DNA of 58,018 nucleotides from Candidatus Omnitrophota bacterium (lineage in GTDB: Bacteria; Omnitrophota; Gorgyraeia; JAHIPI01). Below are positions 10,477 through 21,230 of the stretch, in pieces; within the stretch, counting starts at the first letter, position 1, and each line of letters opens with the position of its first letter. The position numbers and the translations under genes were made by a program. The notes below the pieces were generated by a model. It had not been told where the DNA came from and made no database searches. It saw only the letters and a list, made by a program, of their open reading frames with translations. The stretch is taken from contig JAZDNG010000006.1 of the NCBI GenBank assembly GCA_043800065.1, positions 1 through 58,018 of the forward strand, in the 5' to 3' direction.

Positions 10477-10657
10477 TGAGACCCAGACTTACGGAGCGAA
10501 GCGCTCGTAAGTCTGACGGTCGAACTTACCCTTGACATTTTGCCAATGTTTGTTCATATGTAAAATGGCAAGGGTTAAATTCGCCCTAACAGGCAAAAAG
10601 AAAGGCTACAACTTACGTTACCCGCAGCAAAATGCGTTTCCGTAAGTTGTGGGCTCA
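10477..10657. repeat. multi-branched hairpin element between groES and groEL
   Basis: Outer TGAGACCCA/TGGGCTCA; three inner stems, two of them ACTTACG...CGTAAGT. Confidence 0.7.
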
Positions 10658-10662
10658 TTTAA

Positions 10663-12309
<1,647 letters not shown>

Positions 12310-12327
12310 AAGATAGGTAATAGGTTG

Positions 12328-12376
12328 GCCTCGCCCGGATGGGCTCGGCACTCCCTCGGACGTTTCGTCCTCGGTC
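12328..12376. repeat. 49-bp dispersed structured repeat (inverted copy at 36895-36943)
   Basis: 43/49 identical to the reverse complement of 36895-36943. Confidence 0.85.
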
Positions 12377-12388
12377 GTAGGTTTTAGG

Positions 12389-12426
12389 TAATAAATAGGG
12401 ACAGCTACCGCTGTCCCTATTTATTA
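12389..12426. terminator. 17-bp-arm hairpin after groEL (probable terminator, GGGAC/GTCCC type)
   Basis: TAATAAATAGGGACAGC-tacc-GCTGTCCCTATTTATTA. Confidence 0.65.
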
Positions 12427-12566
12427 TATTTGACAATGATAATAGTTTATGTTAGACTTATACCCACAATTGAAAAAGGTAGTCCTTCGACGCGTTCCGC
12501 TTTCGCGGGACTTGCTCAGGACGAATTTTCAGCAATCAAATTGAGGGAAAATTCGGAGGTCATAAG

Positions 12567-13727
12567 ATGGGTATGTGGGTGGGCAGGGGAAGGAAGGCCC
12601 GGCGATGTTACGGTTTTGACGAGATAGCGCTTGTTCCGGGTAATGTCACTATAAATCCTAACGAGGTAGATGCATCCATACAACTCTGCGGCAAAAAGTT
12701 CAAGGTGCCTATCTTCGCAGCTGCCATGGACGGTGTTGTTGATGTCAAATTCGCGATCGCCATGGGAAAACTGGGCGGCCTGGCCGTTCTGAACCTGGAA
12801 GGCGTGCAAACCCGCTACGAACATCCCGATGAAGTACTCGATAAGATAGCCAGTGCTACTCCCGCGGAGGCCACAGAACTTGTCCAATCCATATATCTGA
12901 AGCCCATAAAAGAAAAACTTATCACAAAAAGAGTTTCCGAGATCAAGAAGGCAGGCGTCATGGCCGCTGTCAGCGCTATCCCGCAAAGAGCGGAAAGATT
13001 CGGCAAGATAGCGGAAGAGGCCGGTTGCGATATATTTACCGTCCAGTCAACATTCAGCACCATAAAGCATATATCAACCGAGTATAAGACCCTTGACTTC
13101 AAGAAATTCTGTAAATCGATGAAGATCCCGGTCATAATCGGGAACTGCGGTACTTATAGCACCGCTTTGGAACTAATGGAGGCGAGCCCCGCCGCACTTC
13201 TTATAGGCGTAGGGCCAGGCGCCGCATGCACGACGCGTGGCGTTCTCGGCATAGGCGTTCCGCAGGTCACAGCTACTTGCGATTGCGCGGCGGCAAGAGA
13301 TTTTTATTATAAAAAACACGGAAAGTTCATCCCTATAATAACTGACGGCGGAATGGTCTCAGGCGGAGATGTCTGCAAGGCCTTTGCTTGCGGCGCGGAT
13401 GCCGTAATGATAGGGTCCGCTTTCGCGCGAGCGAAAGAGGCGCCCGGCCGCGGATTTCACTGGGGGATGGCGACGCCTCATCCGAACCTGCCCCGCGGTA
13501 CGCGCATCAGAGTCGGGACGACAGGCACTCTTAAAGAGATACTTTTCGGGCCGGCAAGGCTTGACGACGGCTCACAAAATCTTATGGGCGCTCTCAAGAC
13601 TTCAATGGGCAACGTAGGCGCAAAAAATATAAACGAGATGCAGCTTACAGAGATAATCATCGCACCCTCAGTCCAGACCGAAGGTAAGGTCTTTCAGGTC
13701 GCTCAGCGCGTAGGGATGGGGAAGTAA
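12567..13727 (+). CDS. guaB3: GuaB3-family IMP dehydrogenase-related protein
   Basis: [37 protein letters not shown]. Confidence 0.85.
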   Translation: MGMWVGRGRKARRCYGFDEIALVPGNVTINPNEVDASIQLCGKKFKVPIFAAAMDGVVDVKFAIAMGKLGGLAVLNLEGVQTRYEHPDEVLDKIASATPAEATELVQSIYLKPIKEKLITKRVSEIKKAGVMAAVSAIPQRAERFGKIAEEAGCDIFTVQSTFSTIKHISTEYKTLDFKKFCKSMKIPVIIGNCGTYSTALELMEASPAALLIGVGPGAACTTRGVLGIGVPQVTATCDCAAARDFYYKKHGKFIPIITDGGMVSGGDVCKAFACGADAVMIGSAFARAKEAPGRGFHWGMATPHPNLPRGTRIRVGTTGTLKEILFGPARLDDGSQNLMGALKTSMGNVGAKNINEMQLTEIIIAPSVQTEGKVFQVAQRVGMGK

Positions 13728-13748
13728 GCAGCGCACACTCAAGCCGAA

Positions 13749-16700
13749 ATGAAACATTCAGAATTCGTCCACCTTCATGTCCACACTCAATACAGCCTTC
13801 TTGACGGCGCATGCCTTATACCGAAACTTTTAGAGGCCGCCAAGACAGAAAGAATGCCCGCACTCGCCATAACCGACCATGGCAATATGTTCGGCGCCAT
13901 AGAATTCTATGTCCAGGCGTTAGGCCACGGAATAAAACCACTCATAGGCTCTGAAGTCTACATAGCGCCTGACAGCCGGTTCGAAAAATCGGCGCACGGC
14001 ATCCATGACGCTTCTTTCCATCTGCTCCTTCTCGCCAAGGATATGGAAGGTTATAAAAATCTGATGAAGCTGATAACCGCCGGTTATCTGGAGGGCTTCT
14101 ATTACCGGCCGAGGATCGACAAAGAATTGTTGAGCCAGCATTCAAAAGGCCTCGTTTGTTTATCGGCATGCCTTAAGGGCGAGATCCCCCACCTGATAAA
14201 AAGCCAGCAGATCGAACAGGCAAGAAATACCGCAATATTTTTTAAGGAAATATTCGGAAAAGATTTTTACCTGGAGCTGCAGGACAACCTCATAAAAGAA
14301 CAGTACGCCGTTAATACCGCGCTCCTTGAATTTTCGCGCCAGCTCGATATTCCTGTCGTCGCCACAAACGATGTCCATTATGTTAAAAAAGAACATGCCC
14401 GCGCGCACGAAGCGCTCTTAGCTTTACAGACGCAAACGACGCTTGATGATCCCGGCAGGATGCGAATGCAGACAGATGAGTTTTACTTAAAAAGCCCCCA
14501 GGAGATGGCGCGTAAATTCCAAACCGAGTGCCCCGAGGCCCTTAAGAATACTCTAGAAGTTGCGGAAAAATGCAACCTTGAGCTGGATTTCAAAAAGACA
14601 CACCTGCCTCATTATAAAGTGCCTGCCGGCAAGAAAAGAGAAGAATACCTTCGCGAACTTGTATGGGAAGGTATTACGAAAAGATATCTCACCATTACCG
14701 ATGAGATCAAAACGAGAATTGAACATGAGCTCAATATAATAGAAAAGGCCGGGTATACCAGTTATTTTCTGATCGCCTGGGATTTTGTCCATTACGCGAA
14801 AGAGAAAAGTATCCCCGTAGGGCCGGGCAGGGGAAGCGCGGCGGGCAGTATCGTGAGTTATTCGCTCGGCATAACCGACATAGACCCGCTTAAATACGAC
14901 CTGCTTTTTGAAAGGTTCCTTAATCCGGAGAGGGTAAGCCTGCCCGACATAGATATCGACTTTTGCTACGAGCAGCGGAATGAAGTAATAAAGTATGTCG
15001 TGGAAAAATACTCAAAGGACAATGTCGCCCAAATAATAACGTTTGGGACGATGATGGCCAAAGGCGTTATACGCGATGTTGGCAGGGTCATGGGCCTGGC
15101 TTACAGTGAAGTCGACAAAATCGCGAAGATGGTACCCAACGACCTGAATATTACACTTACGCAGGCGCTTAAGTCTTCGCCGGAACTGAATAGCCTTTAC
15201 AAGACGGATCCGCGCGTAACGCAGCTTATAGACATATCCCTCGCGCTGGAAGGGCTTACGCGCCATGCCTCTACACATGCCGCCGGTGTCGTAATTTGCG
15301 AAAAACCGCTTACCGAATTTATACCGTTATTTAAGATAGGCGAAGGCCAGATAACTACGGGCTATCCGATGACCTCGCTTGAGAAGATAGGCCTTCTTAA
15401 GATGGATTTTCTGGGGCTAAGGACTTTAACCGTCATTGACGAGGCGCTGAAAATAATAAAGAAGATAAGGAATATCGATATAGACATAGCCGCCATACCT
15501 CTCGATGATGAAGCAACGTACCGCCTCCTCGCGGATGCCAATTCCGCGGGCGTTTTTCAGTTAGAAAGCTCCGGCATGAGAGATCTTTTAAGGAAATTTA
15601 ATCCGGAAAAGTTTGAGGACCTCATCTCTATACTCGCGCTTTTTAGGCCGGGTCCGATGGGGAGCGGCATGCTAGATGACTTCATAGAAAGGAAGCATGG
15701 GAAAATAGAGATAAAATATGACCATCCGAGCCTTGAACCTATTTTAAAGGATACCTACGGCATAATAGTCTTTCAGGAGCAGGTCATGAGGATCGCATCT
15801 ACACTGGCGGGTTTTACGCTTGCACAAGCCGATTCATTGAGGCGCGCCATGAGCAAAAAAACGCCCGAGATAATGACGGAGACGCGCAAGCACTTCCTGG
15901 ACGGATGCGTAAAGAAGGGCATAAACGCCAGGACAGCGGATAAGATATTCAATCTGATAGAATATTTCGCGGGTTACGGATTCAATAAATGTGTGGCCGG
16001 CTCCACTAAATTAACGGATGCTGTGACGGGCAGCATTATAACAGCCGAAGAACTATATCGCACCAAGCGGCTCCTAAAAACTTTCAGTTGCGACGAAAAG
16101 CATTTTAAAATTATACCTCAAAAAGTAAGAGATGTGGTCTGTAATGGGCCCAAAAAGGTATACCGTTTAAAAACATATTCTGGAAAAGAAATTATTGCAA
16201 CGAATAATCACCCTTTTCTTACGGCGGAAGGATGGCGAAAATTGGAATGCCTGAAACCGGGCGATATGATCGGTGCACCCAGAAAAATTCCTGCCCCTTC
16301 TTCTCCTCAGCGAATGGAAGAATATAAAATCATATCTTTAGCCAATTTGCTTTCCGAAGGCAACCTGTGCCATACGAGCGGTCTTTATTTTTATAGCAAT
16401 AGCAGAAAGGCAGTAGAAGAATTCGCGAAAAATATAGAGCGCTTTGACAGGACAAGGGCCAGAATATACGAAAGAAGCGGTAAATACGAAGTATATGTAG
16501 GGACAGGTTTAGATGCAAGATTCCCTAAAAGTCATATCCCGTGGAATAAAAAGGAAGCCGTCGGAGCATGCGTAGATGATCATAAAATCTTAAGGTCGGA
16601 AGCGCGAATGTGGATAGAAGAATTGGCCTTGAGCGGCAAAAAGGCCTATGAGAAGTTTATTCCACCGCAGATTTATATTCTGCCCGTGGATCAACTGGCC

Positions 16701-18590
16701 CTGTTCATAGGAATTTTATGGTCGGGAGACGGTTTCGTTTTTGGCAGAAATAACACCATTCCGTTTTATGCAACATCTTCAGAAAAAATGGCAAAAGATA
16801 TCCAGGACTTATTGTTGAAATTAGAGATAATGTCGGTGATCAAAAAGAAGAAGTTCAGGTATGAGTACAAAGGAAGAAAAAAAGATAAATATGGTTACGC
16901 AATTTATTTGTTCAGCCGAAAGAGCATCGATAACTTTTTAGAAAAGGTATGCCCGCATATTATTGAAAAAGACGATCAGATAATCCGGTTGAGAGGTTAT
17001 TACGAAAATACAGCCAAAAATATGGAGTCGAAAGACATCGTCCCTTCGGCTATAAAGGCTGTCATAAAAAAGGAAAAAGAAAACGCCGGCAAGACATGGC
17101 GCGATATTGAGAAAGAAAGTGGTGTTTGTGTAAGAGAATTATGCGGAAGCGTTAAGTCCTATAAGAAAGGCTTCCGAAGGGATACCATAAAAAAGCTTGC
17201 CGCATATTTTGACTCTGCCGAATTGCTCAAATATGCAGAATCTGACATTTTTTGGGACCGCATAGTGTCTATTGAGAATGCAGGTATCGAAAATACTTAC
17301 GACATTGAAATGGAAGGGGTGCATAATTTTATTGCCGATGGAATCATAGTTCACAATTCCCATTCGGCCGCGTACGCGATGATATCCTACAGAACCGCGT
17401 ATCTCAAGGCCAATTATCCTGTGGAATTTATGACAGCGCTCCTTACTTCGGAAAAAGACAATACCGATAAAATCGCCGTCTATATTGACGAAGCTGAAAG
17501 GCTGGGCATAAATGTTTTGCCTCCCGATGTTAACGAGAGTTTTTCAAAATTTACGGTTGTGAACGATAAGAGCCCCGACCAAAAATATGACAAGGCGATA
17601 TGTTTCGGACTCTCGGCCGTAAAGAACGCCGGCCACCACGCGATAGATTCCATTATTACGATGAGAGAGAAGGAAGGTGGGTTTAAATCGCTCTACCACT
17701 TCTGCGAGCATATAGATTCTCGCGCGGTTAATAGAAAAGTGATAGAAAGCCTTATAAAATGCGGCGCCTTCGATTCGTTTAAACTCCACCGGTCCCAGCT
17801 CGTCGCTATACTCGATAAGGCCATGGAAGTGGCCGGAGGCATACAAAAAGACAGACAGAACGGCCAATTTTCATTTTTTGACACATTTGAAAATGAGGAT
17901 AATTTCAAAAAGAGTTTTCAGGACATACCCGACATAAAGGAATGGCCGGAGAGCCAGCTCTTGGCCTTTGAAAAGGAGATGCTCGGTTTTTATATTACGA
18001 AACACCCTCTCGCCCGGTTCGAAAAGATACTGAGGATATACGGCAATGCCAATGTTATGAGCCTGGGCACTAAGCGCGACGGAGAAAATATCTTTATAGG
18101 CGGAATATTAAATACGGTAAGGCTGACCACCACCAAAAAGACGGGCGAGCGGATGGCGATAGCAAGGCTCGAAGACCTTACCGGAATAGTGGAGGTCCTC
18201 GTCTTTCCGAAATCTTATACCAAAATAGGAAAGCATATAAAAGCGGACAGCATGCTGTTTATAAACGGCCGTCTCAGCTTACGCGAAGAAGAGCCGAAGA
18301 TCATCGCGGAAGAGGCAACGCCTATCGAAGAAGTGCAGGAGAAGAAGACAAAAGCGCTATCCATAAAATTGATCACATCCGGCCTGAACAAAAAGGCCCT
18401 GGAGTCGCTTAAGCTGATACTTTCAAATCACAAAGGCGAAATACCGGCATATATACATTTTCAGACACCCGCCAATAAAAGAGTGGCGCTTGCGATAGGC
18501 GCAGACTTCAGAGTAAGGCCCTCGGCAGAACTCATCAATGAAATAGAAGAGCTTCTGGGTGCGGGCAGCGTCAGCGCCCAAAGCGCTTAA
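13749..18590 (+). CDS. dnaE: DNA polymerase III alpha subunit, intein-containing
   Basis: PHP HLHVHTQYSLLDG, GRGSAAGS, PDIDID, KMDFLGL; 1157 aa after removing the intein. Confidence 0.97.
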   Translation: MKHSEFVHLHVHTQYSLLDGACLIPKLLEAAKTERMPALAITDHGNMFGAIEFYVQALGHGIKPLIGSEVYIAPDSRFEKSAHGIHDASFHLLLLAKDMEGYKNLMKLITAGYLEGFYYRPRIDKELLSQHSKGLVCLSACLKGEIPHLIKSQQIEQARNTAIFFKEIFGKDFYLELQDNLIKEQYAVNTALLEFSRQLDIPVVATNDVHYVKKEHARAHEALLALQTQTTLDDPGRMRMQTDEFYLKSPQEMARKFQTECPEALKNTLEVAEKCNLELDFKKTHLPHYKVPAGKKREEYLRELVWEGITKRYLTITDEIKTRIEHELNIIEKAGYTSYFLIAWDFVHYAKEKSIPVGPGRGSAAGSIVSYSLGITDIDPLKYDLLFERFLNPERVSLPDIDIDFCYEQRNEVIKYVVEKYSKDNVAQIITFGTMMAKGVIRDVGRVMGLAYSEVDKIAKMVPNDLNITLTQALKSSPELNSLYKTDPRVTQLIDISLALEGLTRHASTHAAGVVICEKPLTEFIPLFKIGEGQITTGYPMTSLEKIGLLKMDFLGLRTLTVIDEALKIIKKIRNIDIDIAAIPLDDEATYRLLADANSAGVFQLESSGMRDLLRKFNPEKFEDLISILALFRPGPMGSGMLDDFIERKHGKIEIKYDHPSLEPILKDTYGIIVFQEQVMRIASTLAGFTLAQADSLRRAMSKKTPEIMTETRKHFLDGCVKKGINARTADKIFNLIEYFAGYGFNKCVAGSTKLTDAVTGSIITAEELYRTKRLLKTFSCDEKHFKIIPQKVRDVVCNGPKKVYRLKTYSGKEIIATNNHPFLTAEGWRKLECLKPGDMIGAPRKIPAPSSPQRMEEYKIISLANLLSEGNLCHTSGLYFYSNSRKAVEEFAKNIERFDRTRARIYERSGKYEVYVGTGLDARFPKSHIPWNKKEAVGACVDDHKILRSEARMWIEELALSGKKAYEKFIPPQIYILPVDQLALFIGILWSGDGFVFGRNNTIPFYATSSEKMAKDIQDLLLKLEIMSVIKKKKFRYEYKGRKKDKYGYAIYLFSRKSIDNFLEKVCPHIIEKDDQIIRLRGYYENTAKNMESKDIVPSAIKAVIKKEKENAGKTWRDIEKESGVCVRELCGSVKSYKKGFRRDTIKKLAAYFDSAELLKYAESDIFWDRIVSIENAGIENTYDIEMEGVHNFIADGIIVHNSHSAAYAMISYRTAYLKANYPVEFMTALLTSEKDNTDKIAVYIDEAERLGINVLPPDVNESFSKFTVVNDKSPDQKYDKAICFGLSAVKNAGHHAIDSIITMREKEGGFKSLYHFCEHIDSRAVNRKVIESLIKCGAFDSFKLHRSQLVAILDKAMEVAGGIQKDRQNGQFSFFDTFENEDNFKKSFQDIPDIKEWPESQLLAFEKEMLGFYITKHPLARFEKILRIYGNANVMSLGTKRDGENIFIGGILNTVRLTTTKKTGERMAIARLEDLTGIVEVLVFPKSYTKIGKHIKADSMLFINGRLSLREEEPKIIAEEATPIEEVQEKKTKALSIKLITSGLNKKALESLKLILSNHKGEIPAYIHFQTPANKRVALAIGADFRVRPSAELINEIEELLGAGSVSAQSA
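15990..17357 (+). mobile_element. intein with LAGLIDADG homing endonuclease (456 aa)
   Basis: GYGFNK|CVAG...HNFIADGIIVHN|SHSAAY; block B ATNNHPF; LANLLSEG and FIGILWSGDG motifs. Confidence 0.95.
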
Positions 18591-18619
18591 TGTAATGGGC
18601 TAGCAAAGTGCATTGAAAG

Positions 18620-18701
18620 ATTGACCCGTTCGACACTTCGACGGTGCTCAGTGTGGTTCGAAGTGTGGTGAGCCTGTCGAACCACTTCGCTCAGGGTCAA
18701 T
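18620..18701. repeat. nested hairpin of CTTCG...CTCAG family
   Basis: ATTGACCC-GTTCGAC...GTCGAAC...CTCAGGGTCAAT. Confidence 0.7.
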
Positions 18702-18728
18702 CCTTAGCGAATAAAGTGCGCTGAAGGA

Positions 18729-18757
18729 TTGACAAGCGCCTTTTTCTGTGGTATTAT
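18729..18757 (+). promoter_or_regulatory. sigma70 promoter, probably producing a leaderless mRNA
   Basis: TTGACA (18729), 17 bp, TGn-TATTAT (18752-18757); ATG at 18764, no SD. Confidence 0.65.
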
Positions 18758-18763
18758 AACAAT

Positions 18764-19309
18764 ATGAGAGACAGGAACTTAGAGTCAAAAATAAAACGCC
18801 TCAAAGAATTTATGCAGTTGTGGATAAAGTTCCACGATATGTATAAAAGCGCTATCAATCGCGATACGATAACCCCCGAAGAAGAGGCCGCTTTCCTTGA
18901 AACAAAATCGCTCATAGCAAGAAAATACCAGGCGCTTAAAGAATACCTTGAGATAAGCTCCTCCTATGATGACAGGACCTTTGACGTGATTTCCCAGCTT
19001 CTTTCGCTGAAAGGTGTAGCAGCTATATCCGATCTAAGCCTGCATAAAATAGAGAACGATTGGCATGGCTCGTATATTGTACTGAATAAACTTTTAGGAG
19101 AGCTTGATGCGAAAGAGGAGTCCCTGAAAAAGGTTAGTAAGTTCAGGCTTCTTTTGCGGGATCTGGCCGGCAGCCCGCTTATCAACCTGGCGCTTTTGAT
19201 AATAGTGATCCTGGCTATCTATATGGTCCTCGTATATATGGGAAGGATCCCGGGTGCTGTCGAGTCTAAGGGCAAAATAGAATTCAAAACCTCAGTCGAA
19301 AATAAATAG
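18764..19309 (+). CDS. hypothetical protein, helical domain plus C-terminal TM segment
   Basis: 181-aa ORF with promoter; hydrophobic LALLIIVILAIYMVLVYM. Confidence 0.75.
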   Translation: MRDRNLESKIKRLKEFMQLWIKFHDMYKSAINRDTITPEEEAAFLETKSLIARKYQALKEYLEISSSYDDRTFDVISQLLSLKGVAAISDLSLHKIENDWHGSYIVLNKLLGELDAKEESLKKVSKFRLLLRDLAGSPLINLALLIIVILAIYMVLVYMGRIPGAVESKGKIEFKTSVENK

Positions 19310-19389
19310 TCCCTCGACGTGCTTCGCTTGTGGTTCGACGGTGCTCACCATGCCTCGAACCATGCCGAGCTCAGTCGAGGCACTCGGGA
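19309..19389. repeat. nested hairpin repeat
   Basis: TCCCTCGACGTGC...GGTTCGA...TCGAACC...GCACTCGGGA; shares TTCGACGGTGCTCA with the element at 18620. Confidence 0.65.
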
Positions 19390-19434
19390 GAAATTTTCAG
19401 ATTGGAAATAGCGGGAAAATTTGGAGGGTGTGAA

Positions 19435-19707
19435 ATGACTAAAAAAGACATTGTAGTAAGAATTTCGGACGAGGCCGGCGTTAAGCAGACAGACGTTAAG
19501 AAGGTAGTCCAGAAATATCTAGACTATGTCATAGACAGCTTGGCAAAAGGCGAAACGGTCGAACTTAGAAATTTCGGAGTCTTCAAGGTAAAGACACGAA
19601 AAGGAAGGATGGGCCGGAATCCGCGTACGGGCGAAGCTGTGCCTATACCGTCCAAAAAGGCAGTTACATTCAAGCCCGGCCTTGTAATGAAACAGCGGGT
19701 GAAATAA
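19435..19707 (+). CDS. HU/IHF-family DNA-binding protein
   Basis: MTKKDIV, VELRNFGVF, GRNPRTGE, FKPG; SD GGAGG; the ORF-track start at 19330 lies in repeat DNA. Confidence 0.93.
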   Translation: MTKKDIVVRISDEAGVKQTDVKKVVQKYLDYVIDSLAKGETVELRNFGVFKVKTRKGRMGRNPRTGEAVPIPSKKAVTFKPGLVMKQRVK

Positions 19708-19733
19708 TCGAAACCATAAGTTAAAAATTATCC

Positions 19734-19759
19734 GTAGGGGACGTTTAAACGTCCCCTAC
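19734..19759. repeat. GTAG-type 26-bp palindrome followed by T-tract (possible terminator)
   Basis: GTAGGGGACGTTTAAACGTCCCCTAC then TGTTTTTTT. Confidence 0.85.
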
Positions 19760-19826
19760 TGTTTTTTTATGTATTGACTTTCGCTCCTCAAGGATAATAT
19801 AATATGTTATATACAAAAAGGGAGAT

Positions 19827-21143
19827 ATGGAAAAAATTCAGTCTTTAAAGGGCATGAGCGATATCCTGCCGCCGGATGTTTATTTATGGCAGCACGTGGA
19901 AGAGGTGGTGAGAAGATTTCTTGCCCGTTACGGTTATGAAGAGATCAGGACGCCCATGCTTGAAGAGAGCGTTCTTTTCAACCGGAGTATAGGCGAGGAG
20001 ACAGACATAGTAAACAAGGAGATGTATAGCTTTATTGACAAGGGAGGCAGAAACATTGCGCTTCGTCCGGAAGGTACGGCGCCGATAGTCCGTTCATTCA
20101 TACAGCACAATATAGATCTGCAGGACCTGGTGAAATTGTATTATGTGGGGCCTATGTTCCGAAGCGAGCGGCCGCAAAAAGGAAGAAGCAGGCAGTTTCA
20201 TCAGATAGGGGTAGAGGCAATAGGTTCTTCCAATCCCTATGTGGACGCCGGCATGGTCGTTTTAATGAAAGAGCTTCTTTTAAATATAGGTATAAGCGGC
20301 TTTGAAGTAAAACTCAATAGCTTAGGGTGCTCTACCGACAAGAAAAAATTTGCCGAAGCGCTGCATAAACATTTTTCGCGTGAAAAGAGCAGGTTATGCG
20401 ATGATTGCAAAGTGCGCCTGGACAAGAATGTGCTGCGAATACTGGACTGTAAAGTCGAGTCCTGCAGAGCCCTTGTCAGAAACTCGCCCAAAGCAAAGGA
20501 TTTTCTTTGCGAGAGCTGCGTGACGCACTATACAAAAGTAAAAGAACTTCTTACCAAGCATACGCCCGTTGAATACAAAGAAGACGGAAATATTGTAAGA
20601 GGCCTGGATTATTACACAGGCACTGTTTTTGAGGTCAGCCATACCGCATTGGGCGCGCAGGACGCCATAGCGGCGGGCGGTAGGTATGACAATCTGATAG
20701 AAGATTTTGGCGGTAAAAAGACAGGCGCGATAGGATTTGCTATCGGCATGGAGCGACTTTTAATGGCATTGCCTGCTCTTAAGCGAGAAGAGATATTGGC
20801 GGAAAGAAGCAAGCAATTGGACCTATTCGCTGTAACGACAAGCTCTGCGGCATATGACAAGGCATATGAGGTTATAGAAGGCTTGAGGGATAAAGAGGAC
20901 ATATTCTGCGAGATAAATTATGACGTAGGTCGGTCCCTAAAGTCGCAGATGAATCTGGCAAATAAAAAAAATGCCGGATTTGTGGTGATCTTCGGAGATG
21001 ATGAACTGAAGAAAGGCGAAGTAGTGCTGCGCAATATGAAGACGGCGAAGCAGGTAACCGTGCGGCTGGATCGTATCTATGAAGATTTGAAGCGAGAGTT
21101 GCTAGGATGTACCACTAGCGGTCGCAATGGCCCAAAAGACTAA
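19827..21143 (+). CDS. hisS: histidine--tRNA ligase
   Basis: KEMY, LRPEGTAP, ERPQKGR, RGLDYYT, GGRYD. Confidence 0.97.
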   Translation: MEKIQSLKGMSDILPPDVYLWQHVEEVVRRFLARYGYEEIRTPMLEESVLFNRSIGEETDIVNKEMYSFIDKGGRNIALRPEGTAPIVRSFIQHNIDLQDLVKLYYVGPMFRSERPQKGRSRQFHQIGVEAIGSSNPYVDAGMVVLMKELLLNIGISGFEVKLNSLGCSTDKKKFAEALHKHFSREKSRLCDDCKVRLDKNVLRILDCKVESCRALVRNSPKAKDFLCESCVTHYTKVKELLTKHTPVEYKEDGNIVRGLDYYTGTVFEVSHTALGAQDAIAAGGRYDNLIEDFGGKKTGAIGFAIGMERLLMALPALKREEILAERSKQLDLFAVTTSSAAYDKAYEVIEGLRDKEDIFCEINYDVGRSLKSQMNLANKKNAGFVVIFGDDELKKGEVVLRNMKTAKQVTVRLDRIYEDLKRELLGCTTSGRNGPKD

Positions 21144-21164
21144 AGATGGCGGCAAAGACGAGAG

Positions 21165-21214
21165 GGGGACATTTTCCGTTCTATAGCAAGGCTATTTCAA
21201 AGGAAAGTGTCCCC
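21165..21214. repeat. GGGGAC...GTCCCC inverted repeat
   Basis: GGGGACATTTTCC / GGAAAGTGTCCCC. Confidence 0.7.
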
Positions 21215-21230
21215 GACACGAGGGAGCTAA

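Noticed and set aside
19330-19434. N-terminal ORF extensions (also at 30414, 36893, 48611, 51526)
   Set aside because: They translate repeat or overlapping DNA; downstream ATGs with SD give family-typical proteins
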